Below are positions 1-12,600 of a stretch of DNA of 64,000 nt, in pieces. The stretch's first letter is position 1; each line of letters starts with the position of its first letter. A program made the position numbers and the translations under genes. The notes under the pieces are model-generated. The model searched no databases. It had not been told where the DNA came from and worked only from the letters and a program-made list of their open reading frames with translations. The DNA comes from Amoebophrya sp. A120 (taxonomy: Eukaryota; Protista; Dinoflagellata). The stretch is from positions 6,428,476 to 6,492,475 of the forward strand of contig CAJINV010000002.1 in the NCBI GenBank assembly GCA_905178155.1. The letters are read 5' to 3'.

Positions 1-294
1 GAGGTCGATTTGAGGTAGTTGTTACGTGTGGTTGGTCTTTCGGTTCTGCCTGAGTATTTCCTTTTCAGTCAAATATTTAGTCTTCTGAACTTCGACTTCT
101 TATCCTTATTTCTCGCCTATTTATTGGATGAAGCTAAACAGCGCCTCTGACTTATTAATGTTTTTGGCGTATGTGACTCATCCATATATCAATGTGAAGG
201 TCTTGTCGCAGGAGTCTGCATTTTTGTTGCTGTGCTCCTGGTTTTGGCTTTCTATATGTTTAGCGAGTTGGAATTGTTGGCTAAGGTTGGCGTA

Positions 295-454
295 ATTTGG
301 CAAAGTGGGATATGTTGGTGTGAAGTGTGTTGGAATCGTGGCCGGGAGATGATGGTGATGGCACTTCGGTGTCCGCCTGACCTACCTTCCCTGCGTGACA
401 GCCATCTGCGGCTGTTTACAAAGGGGGAGGCAAAGTGTGCCGCACTTCTGTTTA
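295..454 (+). mobile_element. Nested structured element, copy 1 (left limit unknown)
   Basis: Homologous to ~10425-10583; ends ...CACTTCTGTTTA directly before GCATGACAA of the host introner. Confidence 0.7.
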
Positions 455-660
455 GCATGACAAATTTGGATTCGTAGTGTAGTGCTGTTTGAGCTAGCCC
501 AGCAGCATCACGGATCTAGTTCATCATGCTGATTGGTGGAGGACAAATTGCAAAACGCGACGTGATCATGCTTCTCGTACGTGGGGCTCCGCATGAGAAA
601 CATTTTCAGCATGCAGATTTGCATTACAGCTATGGGTTGGGGACGTTTTTAAATACGATG
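455..660. mobile_element. Introner family B, right part only (left end outside window, interrupted by nested element)
   Basis: Aligns by eye to 7408-7612; ends GGGGACGTTTTTAAATACGATG. Confidence 0.75.
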
Positions 661-3600
661 CACAACCCTTGCAGTTCATCAAGCACAACGCGAAGCACCC
701 GGCGGCGGACACCGAAAACGCACAGCAGCAATTGAACATTCAGTGGGAATGGGACGACGTGCTCGTCAACCTCGGGTCCGGGGGGACGCCGGCCGGAAAC
801 CGCCCCAACCAAAACATCCGCGGGTATGTGAACGGCTTTTCGTGGCGACCGTCCGCGGAGTACGATTCCCGGCAGGGAACCACGGGTATCCTGTTCACGT
901 TCGGCTTCCGGTTCTACGGGACGCTGCGGGCGCCGCAGGGACGGGCGATCTTTTTATCGCAACCGAGTCACGTGTGGGAGGTCGCGACCTTGTCAACGGA
1001 TGGGGGCGCGACGGAGTGCGTCGGGGTGCAGTACAACCCGGGCGTGGGGCTCAAGTGCAACACGTTCAAGTACCCGGGGTACCAGGGGAATAACTTCGCC
1101 AACGGGATTTTCTTCTTCTACGACAGCGCCGCCACGGTTGCGATCGACACGAAGATCTCCCTAAGGCTGAACAACCCGAACGTGGCGGTCAACATGTTCT
1201 GGCTGGCGTATTCCTACCAGTACATGAACGGAATTATGCGGGCGCCGTTCACCATGGAATTAGACAAGCCGATCGCGTATCAACTGCAAATATGTCTGGG
1301 TCTGGAAAAGTTGGAATCTGTATTGCGTGTTTTGCACTCCTGTAAAATCTGCATTGCGTGACCGACAAAAGCGGGAATACTTTGTCATGCAAAAACGTAG
1401 TTTCTCATGCGCATTTCACATGAGGAAGCGTCCTGAAAATTTGTCATGCTTGGCTGCGCTCAGGAGTACGCTCAGTCATCGCAACTTAGCATCACAAGTT
1501 TCCAGACCCAGACATATATGCAATGCATATCGCGACGCAGGGGTACGGCAGTGGGGACGTGATCTCCACGACCTCCTTGGCGGTCAACGAAAAGAACAAG
1601 GTGACGCTGCTCTTCCGCCCGGGAAATACGGTGATTCCGATGTCCTCGGTTTTAATTTCAGGCTATCTCGTGATACTGCCGCCGACCGGCTTCCAAGTGG
1701 ATAGGACGGGTACGGGATTTTTTATTGTTTCATTTGCTGGAATTACAATTATGAATTAGAATTGTCGTCTTTGTTGTATGTAGTGAGGTCACCGAACGGT
1801 TCTAACCGGGGAGTTTTTTTGCCATCCAGCCAGCAAAACGCCCGGCAGTTTCCAAGCGGCCGGAGGGCTTTTTGCACAAAAAAAAATTTCAATTATCAAG
1901 CGGCTCTGGCTATGTCGGCACCGAATCGCCAGCGGATTCTATCGATCGCCGCTTGGTAAAACGACGCAGAGAAGCCAGCAAAAGGGGCGCCCTTCTGAGG
2001 CGCCCGGCGCACCTAATTCCGCCGATTTGGGGCGCCCAAAAAGGAGCGCGAAAAAAACGCGCCCAAAATCAGAACAGCGAAACAGCATGGCACGGCCGCG
2101 ATTTCGCAGCATTTTGGGCTTCCGCGAAAGCGGCCGCATTTTCGCCGGTTTCAGAGCCTGGGAAGCTTTGCAAAAAGCGCCGGCTAGAAAAATAAAAACG
2201 CAGAAAAGCAAAAGCGCGCCAGACACGCAAAGCCAATCCGCATGCTATGGGCCCGATTTTTCTTCGCTTTTTGGTCGCCCCCCGTGGCACCCGGATCGGC
2301 CCCATAACATGGGGGCTGGCTTTCGGAAAGGAACATCGGGAATTTGCCGAAATTTGCGACGTTTATCAAGCGGCCGCCATACCGTGCGGCCTAACGTTAC
2401 TCACGGCGGTGTGGCGAGCCCAGAAAAAGCAACGCCGCGGCCAAGGCGACGGCCGGCAAGAAAACGCCCACGACCTCACTACCTCCGCCCCGGCGGCTAT
2501 ATTTGGTAATGATCGTTTTCATACGAGAACTCGTTCTTGTACTAGGCACATGCATGCTGCAACGAAATATTAAGCGAAATGGTGTCCATCTCCTAAACTG
2601 TCAAATACAAAACTCAGCCGCCCCCTCTTCTGTCGCGGGCTACAATACCCTTCCGTGTTCCGAGTGGCCCGATGCGGACCAGCAGCAGAACCGGTGGCTG
2701 TGCAACCTTCGGGACATGGCCCTCTTTCGGGATGCGCAGTATGCCGTGCAATTGGGCGTGATCAACCCGCCACAGCCCATGATCAACACGGCGTGGCGGG
2801 TGGAGGTGTGGCAACTGGACAGGTCAAAGCCGCTTGCGACTACCCGGGAAATCCGAGGCATTTCCATCTCCGGCACCATGGTCGCGTCGTTTGAGCCGTT
2901 TAATCAGGTGCTCGGGAACACCAACAAGATCACGTTCAAGTTCCAACCCTCCCGAGATGTCACTATCGCCGCCAACGCAACCTTCGCCATCACGGCGCCC
3001 GCCGGGTTCCAAATCAGCAAACGGTGCGCGGGCTTTGAGCGAGGAACCTTGCCGGCCGACACGGTGTGCAAGGGCACCGATGACGTCGAGGCGCGGCTGC
3101 GGTTCCCGGGGCAGAACGCGATCAAGGGCGGGGAGCTGTACGAGTTCAAATTGGACGTGATCAACCCGAGCCAAAACTTGCTGAACACGCCAAACGTGTG
3201 GCGGTTCGACACGGTGCGCCCGGACGGCATTGTGAGCGATACGACGAACTATCCAGGTATAAGAAATTTTTTGCATTGAAGATTCATCTTGAGATCATGA
3301 TGTTCATGGGTTGCTAAATAAAGCGCAAGCATGATGATATCAGATCACAAGCCTTTTTGTACGTGCATAGAGAAGAATGGAGCGCAGCAGGCACGTGCTT
3401 ATAGAACCTCTACTTGCAGCCAATAAAACTTCCACCAGGTTTTTTTCTGTACCCCTCCGAGTTCGCCTCGTTTACCGTCGTCCCCAGCAGCCGGTTAGCC
3501 GGGGTGACCAGATTAGACGTTCGCTTTGTTTCAAAGGTGGGGATCGCCACCGGCTCTTACATCCGAATTATGGCCCCGATCGGGATCAAGTGGCACCGAA

Positions 3601-6600
3601 CGAATCCAGCGTTTTCCACCGCCTCCTCCGTCACCGGGACGAATTCCATGTCCACGGAAAGTCCAGTGATTGGCTCCAGCTCCGCGACGGACAACACGTT
3701 GGATAACATGCTCCTACTCCGGTTAACGCAAAACCTGTTTGCGGACTTCGAGTACGGTGTGGCGCACAACATCCTTGTCCCAGCTCTCACGCCGATCCCG
3801 AACCGGTACTGGATTGACACGTATGTGGAGACCGGCGACCCGACGGCCGGGGACTTCGACTACATTGCCAGTCTCGGCGCGCCAGGGTTCCGGACGCAGG
3901 CGCTGTTTAATACAGAGGTGATATCAAATGTAACAATGTCTGGGTCTGGAAGATTCCGGGATTTGTCATGCTAGTCCGGCATGACTCTGAGCTCTGTATT
4001 GCGTGGCCGCAAACGGCTTCTCTTGCCTGTCATGCAAAAACGCAGCTTCTCATGCGGAGTACGCAACTCTGAACCTAACCACGGAAAGACTTGTCATGCT
4101 TGGCAGTGCATTTTTACAGTATGCGCATTTTTCCCTGACTGGCATCACAAGTTTCCAGACCCAGACATTTTTGCACTTGATAGGTGAATGCGTACAACAA
4201 CGTGGAACTCGCTTGGAACAACCCGACGACCATACAGTTCGAGACCACGACCGCGGTGACGTCGATCTTGTCCGAACAGGGCACGGTGTTGAAGCAGGCC
4301 GAGCTGTACATCCAGGCCCCCCCGGGGTTCACTTTCATCTGCCCCACCGGCGGGTGGAACCCACCCACGCAGGTCATTCCGGACGGGTTCACGAAACTGC
4401 CCACGGACGCGGAGTGTTACATCAACCACCAGGTAGCGGAGGAGCGGCGCGTGGTGCACATTTTGTTCAAGACGGTTGGTTTGGCCATGAACACGAAGTA
4501 CATCTTCTTGGTGGAAATCGTGAACGCCGCGAGTGTGAACCCGACGACCAACAAGTTCGTCCTGGAGTCCCGGTTTGACAATGTGAAAGTCGAGGGAATC
4601 ACGATCGACGGCTACGATTTGGCGAAGCCGATGGCGAACACCCGGTACGCCGCGGCGGGCATGTTGGACACGGGCGAGGACAGAACGGTCGACGCCTACG
4701 ACAACCAAGTTTCTTTTGTCATGGGCGTCACGCAAAGGATGATCGCGAGCAGTGTGGTGGAGGTACTCAATAGAATCAACGCATAGCGTTGTATGATTTT
4801 TTTCTGCTAGTAGTACTAGTAGATCTACGCTATCTTCAGGACACCCATGACGCGGCAGATTGATGTGATGTGTGTGTCGGTTTCTTCTCTCTATTCACCC
4901 CATGGAAGTATCGTTGGGATGTTGGTGCTGAATTCATTGTACTGAACAGTGGAGCTGAGTTATTTTCAGATCGCTGATGAAATGACAGTAATTGCAACTC
5001 AACATCAAAATGTGATTCAAAAGGTCGGCGGCCCGACCGGTTTCCTGTTTTCCCCGCGTTGCATCGGGCACGTGGGGTGGGCCCAGAAGTTCGCCTCTGC
5101 CGAGACGCTGGTTTTCCCCGACGTGACGGAGTGCGTCTCAATGGCCGCGACCACCGGCGAGGGAAACAAGATCCGGATCACGGTGGCGACCGCCATGGAG
5201 ATCGGAGCCTATCCGTTCTTCGTGAAGGTGCAAAACCCGAATTTCAACATTCCCACGGAAAAAAACTACTGGACGATCCGAATCTACGAACCGGGAAGCA
5301 GCGTCGCCACCATGGCAGAGGCCTGGGTGGTCGGGTTCGATATTCAGGTATGGTTAGTTTGTAGAGTGAAGAATGGTGGACGAGGTCTTCTTCAGTATTC
5401 GGTTTTTGCTTTGTTATCGCGTTTGAAATGCAATTTCATTTTGTGTGTTGTGATGCAGTCGGTCGGAATCAATATCAATTGTATGCAAAATAAAAATATC
5501 TAGTGCCTATGTACTTATCATTTACAGGTCGTGAAAGACGTGGAGGTGTTCCCCTACAACCCGGGCAACGGCATTCCCGGCGAGGCCGCCCCGAACCCGC
5601 TGGACATTCGGTTTAAGCTGACCACGCGATTACCCTCGGTCTCCGAAGAAGCTAATGGAGCGCTGATATTGGTCGTGCCGCCGTTCGGGTTTCACTTCCC
5701 AAGTGTGTGCCGCACCTTCATGACGGACCCATACGCGGGGGATGCGACGAGCCCGTACATGGCTATTCCGTCCACGACAATTTGCAATCCGCCGGACTTG
5801 TACACGCCGGAACTGATTAATCTTTACTACAGGCTGGGACACCCGAACTTCTACCTGGAATTCGGACAGACGGAAACGGCGGTATAGAACAGCTACAATG
5901 ATGAATACCAGCTTTTTTGTTATTCGTTTCGCGAGGTGGAGGTGAATGAAGATCGGAAGTGGTTCATCTGTCACGGCACTTACTCACAATGAACTAGCCG
6001 TGCTCTACTTGTTGATAGAAAATGCCTGCTTTCTTCATTCAACATTCATATATGCAACAATCGGTGAACAATCTGCATATCAAAAGTTTCAACGATCGGC
6101 TACAGATTTCCGACGACATCCGTTGGGAGATTTATTTCCGGGAGGAACCTCCAGGCACGATTACGCGGATGTTCCGGGTGCGATCTGTGCCTGCCGGCGG
6201 GCCAGCGTACGCCAGATTAGTCCGCGCAGGGTACATCTTGGAGTCGATGACCTGCTTCCCCGAGGCCACGGGGGCGAACGGGGTGACCAGGCAAGAGGAC
6301 TGTCTGAACGCGGGGAAAAATTTCGCCGCCCTTGTGGAATCGAACTGCGGAACGATCGACGGACAGGTTGCGCTGGGCGCGACGCCGGCGATTCACGAGG
6401 CCTTTCTGAACAAGTTCGCGGATCGGGAAGTCGCGTTGGACCAAATTTCGGACTGCATCGCGCAGAAGGTGTGGAAGATCCACTTCGACGAGTTGTTGGT
6501 CCCCGTGGAGATGCGGCTCTCCGGCCCGGCACTGATTTTGAAGTTGGGAGAAAACACCCACATGGTGGCGGAGCAGCTGTACGCCTTCCGCGTGATGGTA

Positions 6601-9600
6601 GAGAACCCGATGCAGACCTTCGACAACGTGCACGATTTAACCCGGTGGTGGACCATTGAGACCCGCACGATGCCGAAGCCCAGCGTAAACAAGCGGTCGC
6701 AGATCAAGGACCGATTGGACTTGAATTACAAGGTGCACAGTTTCGCGGTGTACCCCAGGATCTCGTTGTTTCAGCTCCAAACCTTGAACTACATTGGGCA
6801 AAGCGAGACCGATGTGAAAATCTCCTTCGACATCATTTCTGATTTAGCCCCGCAAGCGACCATTCTCATCACCGCCCCCACGGAGTTCCAGTTCCGCGTT
6901 TGGCGGGGCGAGAACTCGCTGACTTTCGGCGACCCACCGTTGCCCAGCTACCCCTGGAACCCGCCACGCGATGGGTCGACCGGCCTGTTTTTGAACGTTT
7001 TACCGGACGGCACGGCGCACAGGCCCTGCATCTCGCCGTCGATAAGTGCGGCGGACTACCAGGTGATGGACCAGTTGTTCCCCAGGAGTGCGATCAAGGA
7101 CATCACGCGGTTGCCCGAGTACGTGTCGTGTGTCGTGATCAATGCGTACCAAATTATGATCACCAACACGGAGCCCGTTCGTGGCGGCCGGACTTTGATG
7201 GCCGGACCGGTGTATGAGTTTCTGATTGATGAAGTAGTGAACCCGCCGCGCACACCCTTCACCGCTTCAAACCTGTGGCGGATCGTTGCGAATACCACTA
7301 CCGCGCTCGGGCAGGAGGTGTGGGCGACGTATCCTGAGTAAAAACATCCCCACCCCATAGTCAAGATGGGGAATCTGCTAGACAAATCAACAAGCTTAGG
7401 TTGTTGCGCATGACAAATTTGGGCTCCTAGTGTAATGCTGTCTACGTCGTCCAGCAGCATCACAAATCTAGCCTATAATGCTGATAGATTGGAGCATTAC
7501 AAATTCCAAAACACGACTTGGAAATGCTTCCCATGGGTCTCCGCATGAGAAACATTTTGAGCATGCAAATTTGCATGACAGCTATGTGCTGGGGACGTTT
7601 TTACATAGGATACGACAGAGGGGTGGGTCATCTTTCCGGAATTGGCCATCACGCGAATCTCCAGCGACAACCCGGCCAATGGGCTGTTTACGACGTTCAC
7701 GATTCAAGTCGGAGTGTTGACCACAGTCCCCGGCCAGGGATCGATTCTGCTTCGCGCCCCGCGGGACGACTTTTACTTCGGGCCACGACTGGCGTTTGAC
7801 GGACCGCCGCCGGATCTGCTGAACCCGATCCCCCGCGCGTCTGGGGGCAGCCCGCCGAGGCCGGCGAAGGGCGGCCCGGACCTGCCCTGCACCATCGAGG
7901 CGCCGCAGCCGCAAGGGAATCTGCAGTTTATCTGCCCGATAACCAAGACGCCCTGCGAAGAGGTATGAACATAGGATTTGGGCCGTTTATCGTTTTAGTG
8001 TAGAAGTTGTAAGTTGTCTAAGTGCACTCTTACGTACAAGAATCAATTTGATGTTCTTGACAAGGGGGAGTATCGTATGAAAGATGAAACATAAATTACT
8101 AGTAGTAGCATCCTGGTGTCTACTGTTCCTTTTGTTGAACAAATCACAGAAAGCGCGGCTCGAGGCCTTGGACCTCGGGCGTTCTGCGAAGGACCAGCTG
8201 TATGCGCAGGAAATTCAGGCCCTGGAATTTCCCTGTCAGCAAGTGACCGCGGACTGCGCGTCGCGGCGGTACGACAAGTTGTTCTCCTGCAAGTACCGAA
8301 CGATTTTGAAGGAACAGGTAATGACGCCCGCGGAGCTCCAGGCAAACCAGGACCTCGTGACCGCGTGGAACTCGGCGAACACCAAGCAACTGACCTGGGA
8401 ACCTTTCGAGGCCCAACTGGAGATCACGCTCGCGACGGACATTTCGATGAAGCAGGACCAGGTGTTGACATTCTTGCTCACCGGGTACAACACGCTGTAT
8501 CGGAATTTCACCGCGTGGCAGAACGAATTTACGTTTTCCACCAGAAACGCGGACTCGGGGAAGACGACCCTGGATGAGCGAAAAGGCGTGCCCGGCTTCA
8601 AGCTTTTCGGTGTGGTATGGATTGCAAAAATGTCTGGGTCTGGAAGAATCCGAGTTTGTCATGCTAAATCTGATCGATGCAAAAATCTGTATTGCGTGAC
8701 CAGCAAAAGTCCTCAGTTTTGGTTACCAGAAGCCGGCATTTCTCATGTGGACTTAGCATTGCATAGCCTTCTCAAAACTTGTGATGCTAGAGCCCACATT
8801 CCAGACCTTCTGGGTCAAGCAAAATATGGATGACAAACCCGGCAACATTCCAGACCCAGACATTTTTGCATTTGATATGTGGTCTACGTCAGCAAAATCG
8901 ACGCGCAGGAGACGAAAGTGTCGAACACCTACAACCGGGTGGAGATCACCTTCCGGCTGACCAATCCGGTGAAGCAACGAGGGCTAATTATTCTGAGGAA
9001 AAACATCCCCACCCCAGAGTTGCCATGCAAATCTGCATGCCAACAAAGTTGCTCATGCGAAGCCCCATGAGAAGCTATTTCTAGTTGTGTTTTGGGATTT
9101 GTGATGCTAGGAATAGCATGATATGCTAGATCTGTGATGCTGCTGAACTAGCTAAACAGGTTTGCACTACGAGGCCAAACTTGTCATGCGAAGCAACCAA
9201 AGTTGGCTGATTTGTCTAGCAGATTTCCCATCTTTATTCTGGTATGGGGACGTTTTTACTCAGGATATTAATCCGGATCCAATACCCTACGAAGTTCGAA
9301 CTCCCGCCGCAGTCCGGCGGCGGCGCGGGAACCAACACGATTGATGTCAGTGAAACCGTGCCGAGAAAGGCGAAGCGGAGCCAGAGGGGGAACATCATCG
9401 AGTTAGACAGTGAGGACGAGGACTTCCCAGCTGGGTTAGACATGATGATCACGATCACTTTGTCCAATCCCGACATCTCCCCCGGGCCATCGGAGAACAT
9501 CTGGATCTTTGAGACGTTTGAGGTGTCGCCACAAGCACCAACGGGAACGACTCCGCCCGCCTCAGCGCTGACCATGATCGATTTGAACCGAGACGTGCAG

Positions 9601-12600
9601 GGATTCCGTATAGGCTCTTTTCGAAGTAGAAGGAAGATGCTTTTTTGTTCGTATGACTGAAGTGTCTGAAGATGCAGATGCTGATTCAGTATGACAGTAG
9701 TCGCATGAGATGTGGTTTTTATTTTGCCCAGCAAGACGCCAGTAAAACAATTTTAAGGTATTTACGGCGCGTTCCGTTCGACGAACGTAATTTCCACCAT
9801 TGACTCTCCGACTGTGGTGAACAAAGTCGCCGTCATATGCGAAGAAAAAAGTGTTACATTTACACATGGTGTTGCAGGCAACGCAAGACAGACAAGTTGT
9901 GTCATGCTGGATATGCTTAGGAGCCCGCTTCCATATTACGTGTTTATTTATTCCCTAGTGGTCTCTGCACTGCAAGTTTTCTCTGTCGTGCGGAGAAAGT
10001 TCTTTGTGTTGCTGAAGTTGCAACAAGCGTGTAACTACTGTAACATTTTTTTCTTGGGATACGGGACTTTCGTCCTCGAATCCGATCTCCGGTTTATTCC
10101 GTGCAAAAACGTCCCCACCCCAGAGTCAAGATGGGAATTTTGCAAAACAGATCCAGAAGTTTTTGCGGTTGTGCATGACAAGTTTGGGTCAGTAGTGTAG
10201 TGGTCCTTGGCTAGTGAAGGCACATCACAAACCTAGCTCCTTATCCTGATTGGAGCATGACAAAGTCCAAGACAGCATGAGAAAATGCTTCTCATGGGCC
10301 TCCGCATGAGAAACATTTTGAGCGTGCAGGTTTGCATGACAACCGCGTCGTTGTACTTGAGGATGTGTTATATGTCTCGGGCGCACGTACATACTAGCCT
10401 GCAGGGACGGCGGAGCCGGAAAAAATGGCACAGTATGGTTGGTGGCGAAATCAGAGTTGGAATATAGTGGCCGGGAGATGATGGTGATGGCGCTTTGGTG
10501 TCCGCCTGACCCACTCGCCCTGCGTCTCAGGCCACCTGCGGCTATGGCACAATGGGGGGGCAAAGTGCGTCGCTTTTTGTTTAGCATGACAACAACGGGG
10601 TGGGGACGTTTTTACATAGGATACGGCTCGACCCAACCGCGCGCTTGCAGATCTACATGCCTGTCGGCTTCATGCCCGTCGAGCTCTGCGGCGACTGGTC
10701 CCGGTCTTACCAGGACGGGAATCTAGTCTACACGGAGATCCCCCGTGGAACGTCCTGCCGCGCGATTAGCGACCCACTGGAGCCGGCGATCGAGTTGCGG
10801 CCCGGGGCGGTCTATGGATTGCAAAAATGTCTGGGTCTGGAAGGTTGCAACTTGTCATGCTAACTTTGGATGCTAAAAAAATCTGTATTGCATGACCAGC
10901 AAGGGGAACCAAGTTTGTGCTACGTGGGGAGGGCATTTGTCATGCTGTAGGGGCATCACAAAGCGCTCTAAAAATCTGTGATGCTACGGCATGCATCACA
11001 GACATCATGGGTCATAGAAAATATGCATGACAAATCTAGAAATCTTCCAGACCCAGACATTTTTACATTTGATACGGTCATCCAGTACGGGTTGGACTAC
11101 GCGTTTCAATTTGAGTATGGGACTGTCAGGATCGAAATCGACAAAATCGAAAAACTTGTGATGCACAAAATCGATGCCAGTTAGACCCACAGTTTGTAGT
11201 CGGCGCATGACAAATTTCCCTCGTCCTGGAAGCGAATCTGTCATGTGGTTTAGGACAAAAGAGCTTCCCTCTGTCATGCTTGCCACCAGCCCAATTCTTG
11301 ACCCTTAGCAGGACTACAATCTGCCTCCTTTGCGTTCTCTGCAATAGAGTCACTTTTTGTGTCGCATTTTCTGCATGACAGATTATTTCGACTTTGTCGA
11401 TTTCGATCCTGACACATCCATATTGAGGTCATCAATGCGGCTTATATCACGGACGAAAACAACTGGCGGTTCCAAACCATGCTGAACAACGTGGTCCTGC
11501 ACTTGGACAGAAACGTCTTTGGGTTCTCGCTGCAGGAACTGCAGGACGTATAGTTTTGTTTTTTGATTTGATCTTGAACTTGATCATGAAGAAGAAGTTT
11601 GTCCCACCCCCCGGGTGGCATAATTTTGGATGTTACAGGTCTACTTGTTCCTTTGTGTATGATTTATTACACGGGTCGTTTTGAGCAACTACGTAGATAT
11701 TTATGATGTCATTGGAGTACTTCTTGTGGTTCTGTAGTGGTACTAGTAGAATCCATGCTCTCGTCAACATCAATCAGATTTCCGTCCAACCCTACGACAC
11801 CACTCGTTCCGTGATGGGTCGATTGGCCGTGCAGATGCGAAGTACAAAGCTCATCACCGGCGCCTTATGGGAGTGTCAGGTTTGAAATCGACAAAGTTGA
11901 AACAACTTGCAATGCAGAAAATCGATACCAGTTGGAAGCCCAATTTTCAAGCAATGCATGACAAATTTTCCGAGCACCGGAATCCAATTTGTCATGCTGT
12001 TTGGGCACAGACGACTGCTTTTGTCATGTTACTTTAGCAGCTCTATCTCAAACCCTAAGCAGGCTGACAGTCGGCCTCACTTGCCATCCCGGCAAGACAG
12101 GCACTTCGTGCCTTGCATTTTATGCATGACAAACTATTTCAACTTTGTTGATTTCAAACCTGACGCTTCCATACGCATCCGACATTGTGATCACCGCGCC
12201 CATCGGGTTCAAGCCGCTGATATCGCAAGAAAAAACTGTTTCACTGTAAACTTGTAATGCAGAAACTGCATCTCAGAAGTGTTTGTCTTGCTACACATGC
12301 AAGACAGGCGATTTTTAGCTGTGTTTTCCCTTAGGAACCTCGCATGGCAAGTTTTCCCTGTCATGTGTAACGAACTTGTCATGCCAAACTTGCAAAATCC
12401 TTACAGTGAAACACTTTTTTCGCGCGATAGCTGAACACGCTGTTCACCATCCTGAACATTCCCGGCGGACACACGCTCGCTTCCACCACCACGTCGACCA
12501 AGGATAACAACAAGGTGACCTTCACTTTAGATTCCCAGGACCGCGTCGAGCCGAATCTGATGTTCGGGGTGGAAGTGTGGATCACCAATCCCGAGTTCAC

